Of a stretch of 64,000 nt of DNA, positions 63,898 through 64,000 are shown one piece after another. The stretch comes from Octopus bimaculoides (taxonomy: Eukaryota). How positions within the stretch are numbered: position 1 is the first letter of the stretch; each line of letters opens with the position of its first letter. Where the stretch lies: assembly GCF_001194135.2 (NCBI RefSeq), contig NC_068990.1, positions 33,703,342 to 33,767,341 on the forward strand. The letters are read 5' to 3'. A program made the translations under genes and the position numbers. The notes beneath the pieces are model-generated. The model saw only the letters and a list, made by a program, of their open reading frames with translations, searched no databases and was not told where the DNA came from.

Positions 63898-64000
63898 TAA
63901 ACAGAAGTAGATTACACTTACACACAGACTATATATATATCAATATATATCATCATCATCATTTAACACCTGCTTTCCATGCTGACATGGGTTAAACAGC

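Overview
AT-rich animal genomic DNA from a draft assembly with many N gaps. The SINE, RTE and microsatellite landscape looks like a coleoid cephalopod, probably Octopus (inference from repeat content). Only one host coding exon is recognisable: a 115-nt minus-strand exon at 57721-57835 ([39 protein letters not shown]) of a cytosolic carboxypeptidase 6 (AGBL4/CCP6) orthologue. I found neither flanking exon, so most of the window is probably intron, with at least 57.7 kb downstream of the exon. The rest is a graveyard of mobile elements: RTE, CR1-like, Tx1/L1, R4/Dong-like and Penelope retroelement fragments, a decayed hAT transposase, several MITEs, several tRNA-derived or RTE-tailed SINE families (my labels A-D) and microsatellites. 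Almost all ORFs in the supplied track are microsatellite or antisense artefacts. The most unusual observations are: (1) a tRNA-headed SINE whose tail carries a Penelope-type minimal hammerhead ribozyme and is duplicated in inverted orientation (50857-51293); (2) an 18S rRNA 5' fragment fused inside a SINE tail (29356-29395); (3) a 1.08-kb foldback element nested in the hAT transposase; (4) two insertions of one SINE family into the same 17-bp site of another; (5) a CRISPR-looking array of palindromic units inside a SINE. All calls were made by eye; element boundaries are approximate unless defined by TSDs or splice sites.
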